Below, one piece after another: positions 24,382 to 36,772 of a DNA stretch of 64,000 nt; position 1 is the first letter of the stretch; every line of letters begins with the position of its first letter. The translations under genes and the position numbers were made by a program. Source of the DNA: Amoebophrya sp. A120. Lineage: Eukaryota; Protista; Dinoflagellata. The notes beneath the pieces are model-generated. The model made no database searches, was not told the DNA's origin, and saw only the letters and a list, made by a program, of their open reading frames with translations. The stretch lies in NCBI GenBank assembly GCA_905178155.1, contig CAJINV010000010.1:583851-647850 (forward strand), given 5' to 3'.

Positions 24382-26474
24382 TTTAGTTTCTATGATTTCC
24401 TGGCACTTTACTCATCTTCTTTCATTTTATGCAACTTAATTCGATCCGATCACGATGAGCGACTGCAATTTCATTCAAAAAGCCCGGCAGGAGAAGGACA
24501 CTAGATACTGCAGAACAAATAAACGAATAGAAGGCTCCTGCACCTACGACAAGAAACGATGGCGATTTTTGTCATCAGAGGACGAAATTCGATCGCGACC
24601 AGCATAGAAAGAGGAGCAAGCGTCGATAGAGCCTCTACTTTTCCAAGTCTTTCAATCGGACGAACAAGCGACTGCGCCAACAGGCGAGATACAGTTACAG
24701 GCGATGCGAATACTTCAATCCTTATCTCTGACCGACGTAGGCGTAGTACCTCTACACGATGCCTTTTTTCGAACAACGCAAAGGAAAAGGAGTTTCCTTG
24801 TCACATCAAGCGACGAGGATTAATTTCAAATCAAGCGGCAGAACAAACATGATGCCCGTGCGCGTCTTCCCAGCAGCACTGCAGTACCGACAAGGGCAAG
24901 TCGGGTCGGTTGTGGTTTCCCTGGAAAAAACTTTTTCTGACACTTAAGTATATTGCTTTTTCATTGCGTTTGCGGGTGGAGGTGACGAAGTCATCCAACC
25001 ACTTCCCATAGTCATTTTTTCGTTGTCCTCTGTTCTATTCTTTCAAATACAGCACCTCCTACATATTTTTGCGCAGAAGTCTGTAGTATTTTTGCAAAAA
25101 AAAACGAAGCATCATGGAAAATTTGAGCAAGTAGCTGAAAACGGAATGACAATTTTTATCAGTTGTATCAAATACAAATGCCTTGTTTGCTGACATATGT
25201 TCTTGCCAAACGCGAAACATAATTCGTTTTCTCGTAGTTCTCCCTTCGACACTTAGCACCAGGTCGTGATTGTCACAAAGATGAAAGTGAGTCCGAGCTA
25301 TTTGTGATATTATCGGAGCGATGCGTAGAAGCGGGAGTCAATGTCAAAGTCATGGCGCCGGCTAAAATTTGTTGTCCACATACAATGTTTCATTTACAAT
25401 CAACTTCGACACCCAGAAAAACCAGCTAGCGCGCAGTCGAAGACTCGGCAGATGGCCCAAACGCATCTGACTCATCCGAATGCGCGTACCCGCTGGCACA
25501 GTTGGAACCAGAGCAGAAAGTAGGTATCCCAGAGAAACTAGTTCGAATAGTATGCTGTTCATACAATGCGAAAATAGGTTTGGCCTGCTGCCTCTGAATT
25601 TTTGCATGACCTACTCAGCGCGCCATGGGCTCGCCCACGAAGTTCATTCTTGCGCATTTGCATATGCATCACAATGATGTCCTTCGTTCATTTTTCCAAG
25701 GGATACGCCTTCCGTTCCACGACGGCAACGACCACCGGTTGCGGGTGGGTTCGGCTCTCGCACTCTTCTCTTCCTCTTTCGGTGGATTGCTTCCGGGCGA
25801 GGATTTCGCGACGATTTTTGGTTCCCCATTCGTATGAAGGGACAAATTTCCGTGGCCTCACGCATCCATAAGCATCCGGAAAAAAAAAAGCTCAAATTTG
25901 CAAAGCACGAGAAGGCGCGACTTTTCAGATCACAAACGACGAGCCCCGCACTTCAGGCTCGACCAAAAAAATTGGAAACCCCGGACGGAAAAGCCGCGAT
26001 GTCGAAACTCAGAACCGACATCCTCGACGGCCCACGTCGGTTTCTTAGTTCGCCGCGGGTTCTCATATATCAATCGCGACTAAAGTGCTAAAGTTCGACT
26101 ATTGTTTTTATCAGATAGTTCGTGCTTTGGATTATAGCTCGCTTGAGCAAGTGTGAGGCTTTGGCTGCATTTTGTCCCTTCATAGTCGTTCGTGCTGATC
26201 TCGTAGTAAAAGAACTTGTTCTTCCCCAACTTGCAGTCGAAGCCGTACGGTAAGTCCTCGCGGCACCGGGACGTTGCCGCGCAGGTGAATTGTGACCCGT
26301 CTCCCATACTCCAAAACGCGTTCCCCCAGCCTCTGCTCTCATAATCGCAGCACGGGTGTTTCATTTTTATGGATGGAAAACTGACAAGCGCTTCACTCTT
26401 ATGTATAAAATACTAGCCAGCACGGTCAAGCCGCGCTAATCCTAATGTAAGTAAGTTACTTACTTACATTACGT

Positions 26475-26537
26475 CGCTACAACCAAGTCGGCGCAATAAG
26501 TACTTGAAATACTTACTGCGCCGACTTAGTTGTAACG
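26475..26537. repeat. Inverted repeat with 28-bp arms (hairpin)
   Basis: CGCTACAACCAAGTCGGCGCAATAAGTA-7 nt-TACTTACTGCGCCGACTTAGTTGTAACG; 3 mismatches. Confidence 0.85.
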
Positions 26538-26599
26538 AAGTCGCCGGATTTTTACCAGGGTGGAGGCGTGCTAAAAAAGAGGTCCCAACCTTGAAAGCT

Positions 26600-29500
26600 G
26601 AGAAACATCAGCAGCCCCAGCGGTCGCTCGGGTCGTATTTGCGCGGCCCGGCCGTTGAAAAGAGAAACACTCTACGCGGCAATCGACTGCACAGGCAGAC
26701 GCTTCCTTTTCTGCGACATCTATTCGCTTCGGCATGACTGCGGCGCGGCCAGTGAGGATTGCTAGCCAGATGCCAATCGCGCCACGGAACGTGGCGACGG
26801 CGAGAAAGTGAGCATATAAGGAGCCAAACTTTTGCTCTCGCAGGTACCATCAACACACTGCGGCAACCCTCCTTGCCCGAGAAGAATACTAAGCCTCCGC
26901 ACCAAGTCCACGCGGGTTGATCTAATACTAACTTACCGGTCGCCGCTTGCTGATGGCGCTTGCGCCGGCGAAATAGTGGGCCTGCATTCGGTTCACGCTG
27001 TGTGTGCCTGGCCGCTCTTTTTAAAATTTTTGGACGAGCGCCGTAGTGGATGAGTGTTCAGCATTTTGTGTGGTGCCGCGTATTCGCTATGTCTAGACGC
27101 ACGAAAAACAATACTCGGCTCCCACTCTGGACTTGGAAGGGGCGCCGGGCTGCAGAAAAAGTCTGCTAAAGCGTGCCCTGCAAGCAAGGGCGCCGACCCG
27201 GCGCCCGTCGTGCTACGGGCGCCAACACTTTGGGAAAATCACGCACATAGCCAAGTTGCGTACGGTGCGCCTTGCCTTTGCGAGCCGAGCGCGCAAATAG
27301 GGCACGGCCTCGAGGAAGAGGCGGAGGGCGCTCCCCACTTTCCGCCGCTTTTCATGCCAACCGGGGTCGCGCCGCGGGCGAACGCAAAAGCTGCAAAATA
27401 AACCACACCACCCACCGACCACACCCTGGCGGGCTTTTTGCGTTGGCTGCTTTTCTAGCACGGCCGGCCCCACCGTGCTAGCGGGCGCGGCAAATACCGC
27501 AAAAAAAGCGACCGCCCGCGCGCCCATGCTTGCAGCAGCGGCCGCCCGCGCTCTCTCTTACTCTATAGAAAAGAAGCGCGCGCGCGTTTTCCAGTAGTAT
27601 TTGACTTGCCCGTGTCGGTCTGAATGCTGCACCCGTCATCAAATTCGGCAACACTCCGAGGCGCTTGCTTGCTGGCCGAACTGCCGCCGCCTCCTGTGTC
27701 GATCCAGGCGTCGGTCCCGTCCATGCTAAAGATGTGAGCTGCACAACCCCCATCCTCGGCCAAAATGCGCTGCTCCTCGTCGTCGCATTCTGGGTCGCTA
27801 AAATCGTTGTCGCACTCGTGGTAGCCACCATAATTGTCGAAGTTCCACCAAGTCCAAGGGACGTCGCCCCAACGGCAGCACGGGTGCTCCCTGCTTCGCG
27901 ACGCCCAACACCCGCACACACGCCCACACACCCGCGCGCCCCCCCAGTTGCCGAGGCCCCTCAACCCGAGCAAGGGCGCAAGCGCTGGCGGACGCCTGCT
28001 GCGCTCTGTCATGCAAATTAATACGCCCACGAACGACACCCGGCAGGCATTCGCGGGCCGCTAGCCGGCCCGCAAGCGAACCACTATGGCTGTGCGGCCG
28101 CAACCGCCCGCGAAGGCTGGCCAAGCGGCCTGCGACGGACCGCAAAGCCAGAAAAGAGACAGCCCTCCGTCCCAGAGGCCACCACGAAAAGACACAACCC
28201 TCCGTCCCAGAGCCGCCTGCGTCTGTCATTCGCGGCCGACGCGAAAAAAATGGCTGCAACGCACACTGGCTGCGCAGCGGTGGCGGCGGTGTCTTTGTTT
28301 GCCTGCGAGCGCACACCAGAAAAGCGGCCAGCTAGAAACCAGCGGGGCCGCCTCGGTTTGCCACACGCAAAGCAAACCAGGAGGGGCCGGCGCGATCAGA
28401 AGCAGCAAACCAAATAGAACAGGGCCGGCTGCTTCGCCCCCTCCTTTTATTTGCCTAGGCAGCCTAGGCAGAAAAGCACGGCCGCGGCCTGCGCCTGCAA
28501 GCGAAGTGTGGCGCGTTTGTATGTTTCCTACACACAAGGCGGAAGGGCGAGGCAGGCACGCCCGCGCCAGGCACAAGCGGCGGGCGCCGCTTGCTTCGGT
28601 CTGTCGTGCGCAGCGAGCGCAAAAAAATTAATCGCAGCAGGGGGGCGGCCACAGGCGCCTGGGCCTGCGTGGGCGCGTGGGAACGCAGACGAGGAAAGCT
28701 GCGCCAGACAAGCGAACACCGCCGCCCCTGTTCGCCATGCGGTGCGAAAACGCAAAAGCAAAAGCACTCACCAAAGACGCCCCACGCCACTTTCACCTAA
28801 TGCGCAGCGCAGAACGAAAAACCGCAGCAAGCCGAGAGGCGGCCGCGTCCGCCTGCGCTGGCATGCGCTTACCAGAAAAAGCACTTACGCAACGGGAAGG
28901 GGCGCTCTGGTTCTCGCCCATGCGCGAGCCAGAAAAGAAAACCGCGAACCGAGAGCAACCAAAGCCGCCCGCCGCCTGCCATGCGGCGCGCAAAAATAAA
29001 AACGTATATAGGCGCAACACGCAAAGAGGTTGCGACCAACCGCGGCCGCTTCTAGTACTTTGCACGCGCAGACCAGGAAAACCGCGAACAGGAGAGCGCA
29101 CAAGCCCTCTTTTTTTCGCTCACGCAAACCAGCCAGGACACTCGCAACGCGCGCAGGCTGGGAGGCAACAGGGCCGAACGCGTAAAACGCAGCGCAAAGG
29201 CTGCCGTGCGCAACGCAAAAAAAAAACAGGACGGGGGCAAGAGATGGCCCTGGCCTAAACCGTTTCTGTTTACATACTATACCCAGACCAGAAAAGCCGC
29301 GGGCCAACTACGAGCGGGCCCGCTCTTGTTTGCAATGCGCAAAGAAACCAGAAAGCCAAAGGCGCACGCCAGAAGGCCCCAAAACTGCTGCCGCGTGCCA
29401 CGCGCATCGGAGAAAAAGCGGAACAAAATAGCAAGGGCGCGCGGCTCTGTTGTGCGAATGCCCAGACACGACAGGCGGGCCAGAAAGGCAAAAGCCACAC

Positions 29501-32500
29501 GGGGACAAGAAACGACCGGGCCCGCTTCTGTTTGCCCTGCGCAGACCAGCCCGGGCGCAGGTTGGAAACACTCACCAAAAAGCGCTCCCGGCCGTCCTTC
29601 AGAAAAGCTGCAATCTGCAGGCGGCGGCGGTCGTTTCGGCTTGCAAGCATCGATCCATGAGCAGGCTGGCCAGAACGGCAAAAAGCCGCCGCGCTTTTGT
29701 TCGCCGTGCCTGCGCAAACTACAAAGGGCGCAGGCTGGAAGGAAACACCCATCCGCGGGCGCGCTCGGCTGTCCTGCGCAACGAAAAAAAACACAACTCC
29801 GGACCAATCGAGATCGCCTAAGCTCGCGCGCGCTGGCCAGAAAATAAACGCCAGCCGCGGACCAGGAAAGGCGGCCGCTGCCCCTGCCCAACAAACATGC
29901 ACAAGCCTGCCAGGAAGCCCCCGAGGCCGGGCGGGCGCGCGCTGCCCGAGCGCGGGCGCCTGTTAATATGATAGCCGAAAAAACCCAGAAAATACGCAGC
30001 CATGGGTGGCGGGCGGCGCGGCGGCAGTGGCTCTGGCTGCCCCCGGGGGGTGGCCTGTCTGAGCCGCCAGCAAGGTCAGGCCACCCCCCCCCCTCTCGCC
30101 CGACGGGCTGCCTTTGGGGGGGTGGCCTAAGCTGCCCGCGCCGCTTCTCCCTTTGAGCCTTTGCTTTGGTTTGCATTTCCAGGCGCGGGCACGGCGGGGC
30201 CGCGGGCGCGACGTCCTTTTCGAAGAGGCTGCCAGGGCAAGCCCCGTCCCTCCGTCCGGCAAGTTGCACCAGGCCCCCAGAAGAATGTGCCTCCTGGGGG
30301 CGCGGCTGCGGAGCTCGTAGCCTGCCGCCTCGGGCCGGTCGGCGTCGCCGCAAGAACCTGTTGCGGGGTCCTGCCTTAGCAAGCCCCTTAGGGCGGCAGG
30401 CGCCTGAGGGAAGCGGCCGCCGCGAGGCCTACAGGAGCGCCGCGCCGATGCTGCTAGCATTTGCAATAATATTGCTCTGGCGCGTTTTCTTCCCGGAAGC
30501 GCTTGCGTGGCAAATCTGTTCCGGTTGATTCCATTGCGACGACCAGCCATCGCAATAAGTGCTGCGCTGTGGATTAATCCGCGGCCATCTGCAGCATTAC
30601 GCCGGGCCAGGGGTGTCCAGATTGAAACGGTAAGGCCCCGGCTGACAACGAACAAAAACCGGGGCGGGCCAGGACGGGCGCGGGCGGAGCGGAAATTGGG
30701 CTCGGGCCCCTCAACCTGGCTAGCCGCCAAAAAAAAAAGCCGAAAACGATATGCGCGCGCGCCTGCGCGAGGGTGGCCAAAGGGCTGAAAAGCAGCACCC
30801 ACGCCCCCCCCGCGCCGGCGCACAAGACAGCAAGGAGAGCGGGCCGCCGTCGAAGGGGGCGAGCACCCCGGAAGAGACGAGAAAAAGCTGGGCCGCCAAG
30901 GCTGCGCGCCCGCCCCCCTAGTGCTTGGGCGGCGCACGGGGCGGCCAAAATGCTGGAGAACGAGGGCGGGGCCTGAAAAAAAAAACGCCCGGAAGGCGAG
31001 GCGCCAAACACACGAACACCGAACACGCCCCCCCCCCGCCCGGGAAAGCTGCGGCCGGGGCCCCTTTTTCAGGTTACCGAAAACAAAAACCCCCGGGCCG
31101 GCAAAATAATTATAATTAAGAAAGCGGACCCAGGGCAACGAGCCCGCGGGCCTTGGCACTACTGCTTTTTTCTGGCGGCCCCATTCGCCGAAACCTGCCA
31201 GCTGCCAATGAATGCGCCTGCGCCGGTGGCGAGCCCAATCACGCAGGCACGGGCGGGCGCACGGCCGGGGGGGGCGTGGCCCTGACTACACGCCGCCCCC
31301 CTGCTGGACACCAACGCCGCGGCCCGCTGGCTAGGTGCGGCCCTTGCGCGGCTTCTTACTTTCTTTCATTCGTTTCATAGCAAGCGAGCGCGGGTAGAGA
31401 CGGGCCGGGCGCGCGCGTCGCGCGTTTGCTTCTGTGCGGGTGCAATGCCTGCGGTTGGTCTTCGTGGCCAACTGCCGCGCATCCGTTCAAATTGTTCTCT
31501 TCCCCGTTTGCATTTGCAGGCGAGCTGGCCCCCTTCGTTTTTCGTTTCTTTCGTCGCGCGTTCCTATGACGAGGGCGAAGAACACACGCCCCCCGGGTAT
31601 GCTTCTGCTTTTCCGGGCGTTAGTAAACTAACGACGGCGCGCCGCCCTTTTCCTCCTTCGTGAAATGATTGCGCCGAGGGCCCATGACTAGATCGCGAAG
31701 CGATTCACTGGAAGCAAGGAAGCATGGGCGCGGTGCGGCCATGAACATGCCTGCTCACCACAACGGCCGTCGGGGCGGGGGCCGTCGGGGGGCGCCAGCT
31801 CTTTCGCCTGGCCGCTCGGCGCTTGCGGCTTTCGCTTTTCGCGCGAGCGTGCCGCGCCCCGGCCCCCTTGCCGCGGTGCGCAACACAACCAGGGCAGCCA
31901 GGGGGGTTCAGTTCTGAGGGGCGCGAGGTAGGAGTGGCAAAAAGAGAAGACAACGGGCAAAAGGCACGCGCGCGCCGCTTTTAGATGCGCGGCACCCTTC
32001 ACACCCATGCCACGGCCTAACCGGGACCAGCGGCAGGGCCGGAGCCTTGGGCGCCCAAAGTTAGTGGCCCCTCCCGTTCGACGCTGCCGCCCTAGCTAGA
32101 CTGCCCCTGTACGGCCTTGCTTCCTTGTCTTCGTTCTCATTTATTACGGCCTGGGCCGGAACCCATCTGCGGTCGCGCTGATTGGAATGGCGTGGCCCGT
32201 TTTTTTCCCATGCTGCAACCACTTCGACGCCCGGCGCTCGCCGGTGCCGCCCTCTGGCCATGCTTCTGCTTGGCGCTGTGGCGGAGGGCTTTTTGAATGT
32301 GTGCCAAGCGCCTGTCCGGGTGCCGCGCAACGAACGTGACCGACGTAGCGCGGCCAAGCCTCCTGCCCGCGCTTCTAGTGACAGAGGACGCCCATTAAGT
32401 TTGGCGCGGGTTTTGCTTTTGCAGTTTGCATGGACTTTGGCATGCGAAGGAAATAAGAAACGGGCGGCATGCTACGCCCTTTGTTTGTTTCCGCAGGTGA

Positions 32501-35500
32501 CGTGGCAAACCCTCGGCACCCGAGGAGCCCAGGTGCCTCCGCGAACTAGGGTGGGCCCGCCCCGCTCGGACAGTCGGCCCCAAAAGGGACCGCCCTTCTG
32601 GGCGACCAACCTGTCACAATCGGGCCGATGGCATGCCAGCTACCTAGGCCTAGCTCTCCACCTTTACTAAACTCGGCCGCTTTTGTTGCTTAGCTATCAA
32701 AAACACATCAGCGGGGCCAGCTTTTACGGCGCCCGAACGCGAAGCAATGCGCGGGCCAGCCCCTCTCTACATGCGGCCGCGCGCCTGTCTTTCGCGCGGC
32801 CCTTTTTAGGTTCCGCGGCATACATACCTAGCCAGTAGAGCTTGGCGCGCCTGCCTGAATGGCACGTCACAACCAGGGGCCGGCGGCGCCGCTTTTCGGT
32901 AGCGCGCCGATGAGATGCAACGCGCGCGCCCTGTTTGGGAAGAAATTCCGGACGATTTTGGCTCCTGGAGTATTTTGTCCAGTGGGTGGCAGCGGAAAGA
33001 AAAAGGCGCGCGGCCCGACGGCTAGACGGTGCCAGGCGCTTTGTTTCTTTTGTAGATGGCAAAACGGATAAGCTAAGGACGCCCTACGGGGGCGCCTGGG
33101 GCCTCACTACATACGGGGGCACCTGCATGCCTGGGCACAAGACCGACGGAAAGCGCGCAAGGCCGGGCCCAAATGATGGCAGCGCAACCCCTGAGATATC
33201 CGTGGCGCCGGCGGACCACCTGGGGTGCTGGCTGAAACTAAATAACCGCCACCGGCCTCATCGGCAAGGCCCCGCGCGGGCAGTGCCACTGGCGGCAGCG
33301 CCAAGAAGGGGCGCCGCTTTTGGGAGTATGCGCCCGGCGGCGCCACCTTCCGGGCCGCTGACTGGCAGGCGAGGCACCACCCGAAAGCGGCGCCGCACTG
33401 ACTGGCGCCCGTGCGTCGCCCTGGCACCCAGGGCCGGTCGCGAGCGTCCACTGCAACCGGCCGCGGCGCCACCTGGGCTGGCAGCATTTTTGGCGCCCCT
33501 ACTCTGGTGGAGGCGCGCGCGTGCCTGTCTTTTCGCCTGCGCGCCCACGCATGCATCTGCTATGGGAAACTCCGCCCGCCTGGCGGAGCGCGCGCGTGTG
33601 CTTGTAAGTAGGTTGTAGCGCAAACAAAGAGACACGCCACAGCAGTGCTCGGGCCGCCGCCCGTTCAGGAAAAACAAACACACCAAAGCACACGGGGGGA
33701 CCATACATGCCGCGCGGCCCAGCCATATCCGCCGGCAGTCCGAAACATGCTAGGTTCCAACATGGCAACGGGAAGGGCTCTCTTCGCGCGCCCTCTTTCG
33801 TTTTCTTCTCTATGAATCCCGCGCCCGGCGACCGATATTGCTGCTTAACCATATGCGCGCGCGAGAGCCTAGCCTCCCTGCGTGCCGAACCGCGGGCCGC
33901 GACTCCACGGGAGGCACGCTTCGCATGCGGCATCCCCCCGCGGCCCGGAAGGGCCAGGGCCAACTACGCACCGAACGTCGCCCGCGGGCGGCGGCCCGCG
34001 CGCAGGCTCCTTGGATAAGCATTGGATGCGAAAGCCACCTACGTCGCAGCGGGGCGTCCATCCTATCTAGCCTGCAGCGACGGCGGCAGCTATTTCAAGG
34101 CCGCCGTGCCGTCGCGCACGCAAAAATTTAAGGCTGAGGAGCGGGCCCTGGTCTGTGCGGCCTTTGCGCATTTTCCCGAAACCCGCGACCACCGCTTGGC
34201 CGGGCCGCCACTGCTGGCCGCCTGGAGTGCAAGAGAACACAGGACTTGTTGGGCCCATCGATCCAGAAAACCTGAAAAGGTGGGGGCGCTGTGACATGTC
34301 CCAAGTCGCGCTCTTTTTGCGCCGACGGACCTTCGCGAGGGCATGGTGCGAGACCGGGCCCCCCCGGCCGCCCTTCCTTGGTGACCAGCTTCTTGGGCCG
34401 GCGAGGATTTTCTGCTTTTGCACCCTCTCGCACTTTTCCGATTTTCTGTAGTCAGTGGACCGCGGGCCGGCTCTGGACAGGGTCCGGCGCCTGCTTCCGC
34501 CCGCGCTGTGGCGCTACTTTTTTCCGCCCTTTCCAAAGCCTGTTTGCGTGCGCAACCTGCAGGCGGCCCTGGGCCGCCGGAGGAAGCCAGGCGCCTGCCT
34601 CCGCGCGCCGGCCGGGCCCAAATTATGGCGCGGCCCTTTTCCTTTCTTTTTCCAACTCGTCGCAACCTGCGCGCGGCCCTTGGCATCCGGGCAGATCCCA
34701 AACAAAGCCTGCGGCGGCGGCCGGCACAAGACCGACGATCGAAAAAGGACTTTGCGAAGCCAATTTTTTGGATGTAGATGCGGGGGGCCCTGCGGGAAAA
34801 GCGTCGGCCTTCCAGCTTCCCCCGTTGGTCTGTTTTTTGCGGCTGGGCGCGCCTCGCTTCCGCGCACCTCCCGCGCCGCCCCCTCCCCCCGCCCGCACCT
34901 GATTCCCTTGGCCCTCTTGACTCCATATTGTTTGCATGTAGCGGCAAAGGCCTTCGCGCTGCGTTTGCAACGCAATATCGCGGGCGTGCAGAGCGAGCGC
35001 GCGCCCTGCGCATTTGATCTACCTGACCGCATGAATTACCCGACGGGCAAGTGGGTGATGGGCTTTTGCATGGCGGCGGCAACAAAAGGTAAGGCGCAAC
35101 GCTTCCTTGTCGGGGTGCTCTGAGGTAGCTGGCATCAAGCCCGGGCAAGGGCAATGCCAGTACCGCGCCCCGGCACGGAGCGACTCTGGCCGGTCGCGCC
35201 ACGCGCAGAAGCCGGACGCCCCACGCCTGTGGTGGTTCTGCTGGAAGCAAGAAGGCAAACACGCGGCCAACCTACCAAGTTCTGGCACAGGCATTCGGCC
35301 GACGCCCCACGCAGAAACCAAACCGACGATCGAAAAGGAGGCGCCCATTCCAGGCCTTCTTGAAATAATTCAAACTACAAGAGCTGCGCAACATCGGCGA
35401 GACCAATTCTGATGCCGCGGGCAAAGCGCACAGCCGAGCCTGGGCCCCGGGGGGCGCTTCTTGCCCTCCGGCCGTTTTGCCAGGGGTTCAGAAATCGGCC

Positions 35501-36200
35501 TTCTCCGGAAGCACGGCCCGGAGAAGGGCCCAAGTCCCCCCTTTTTTGTTTATACATAGTCATTTCAAAAACATATCCCATCCGGCCTTCCCGGCTTTGG
35601 GACTTTTCGCGAGCCGAATTCCGTAGGGCGGGCGCGCCGTGGGCGCGGTAGAATGCGCAGGTGGTCACGCTCAGGGCAGTTCGCGAGAAGCAGGGTCGAT
35701 CGACCTACAGAAGGAGAAGAAAGCTGCTTTTGCTCACCGCGTTGGAGAACGTTGCCGCCTCCTCCACTGCAGCGAAAGATCGGCCAGCCAGACGAGGCTG
35801 CTTCGCCTCGTCAGGCATGCCAGGTTCTTCAAACAGTTCCAGGTCTTTCGAAAGAGGGCACGACCCAACTGTAATGCGCCCGGCGCTCGGGCCGCCAAAA
35901 CGCGCAGGCGCAAGCGGCGTTACTCCCGCCGTACCCTTGGGACAGCCACTTCAATGGTGGACCACCGCGAGGCCTCAATGGGCAAGCAAGCTGGCGCCTC
36001 TGTGTCGCACACCAATCAGCTACGCTGAACTCATTTGTGGAAAAAAAAACCTGCTCTGGCTTAAGTCCTTTCCGTTGCCATATCCAGAAACACCGCCGCC
36101 GAGTCGCTTCCCGCGGCTGGCGCCCCTGTCTTGCGTTGCTTTTCTTTTTCTCTAGTTTCCAACGTGCGTCACATTTGCATATCTCAATAAGCGACCAACC
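26600..36200. other. GC-rich, homopolymer-rich, TC/GA-poor degenerate tract (eroded transposon or gene relics)
   Basis: Abrupt compositional change; no intact introners; only spurious R/A/P/G-rich ORFs apart from short normal-composition islands (about 27600-27880 and 35680-35870). Confidence 0.6.
28230..29900 (+). repeat. Degenerate tandem array, unit about 55-60 bp
   Basis: Recurrent ACCAGAAAAGCnGC...GGGCCGCTTCTGTTnGCnnTGCGCA-like units. Confidence 0.55.
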
Positions 36201-36772
36201 AACCGACCGGAGTTTGACCCTACAGGCCCACCCGTTTTGTTACTTTGACAAAAGTCACATAATCTCGCATGGCAAAAATTGACATCGCAAGCGCCAAGTC
36301 TTCAAAGGGTATTAACATGCAAGGTACTCGATGGTATAGATTAAAAAAAAAACGAAAAGAGGTACCTTCGTCCTCCTCGTCGGTCGTGAACGTATTTCCT
36401 CGCAAGTGTTGAAAACTGCCGTATTCCATGGAAAAGGATACCCGTACCCGCGGATAAAAAGAGAACTTGTATTGCAAAATTCGCGTCGCTCGGTCTTGCG
36501 GAGACCAGAGCAAGCGCCAGCAAGGCACTTTCCTGCCATGCAAAATGCAGTTTGTAAACTTGGCTTACACCTATACGCTATAGAAAAGTAGCGCAAATAA
36601 AACAAAGTATACTTGGCATGCTGAGCAGCCAAGAAGACCTTATTTGTGAAACGAAAATCCGCAACACCAATTCTTTTTTTTTTTTGTATTATGGGTGTAC
36701 TACAACTTTTCTGTAGGATATACCGGAGACAGCGTTTAGCTCCATACTGCTCATCGTGGCTGCACGCGACGA

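Noticed and set aside
27200-35650. Many long overlapping R/A/P/G-rich ORFs (e.g. 29963-31159, 34090-35262)
   Set aside because: Stop-codon scarcity in GC-rich degenerate DNA; no recognisable domains.
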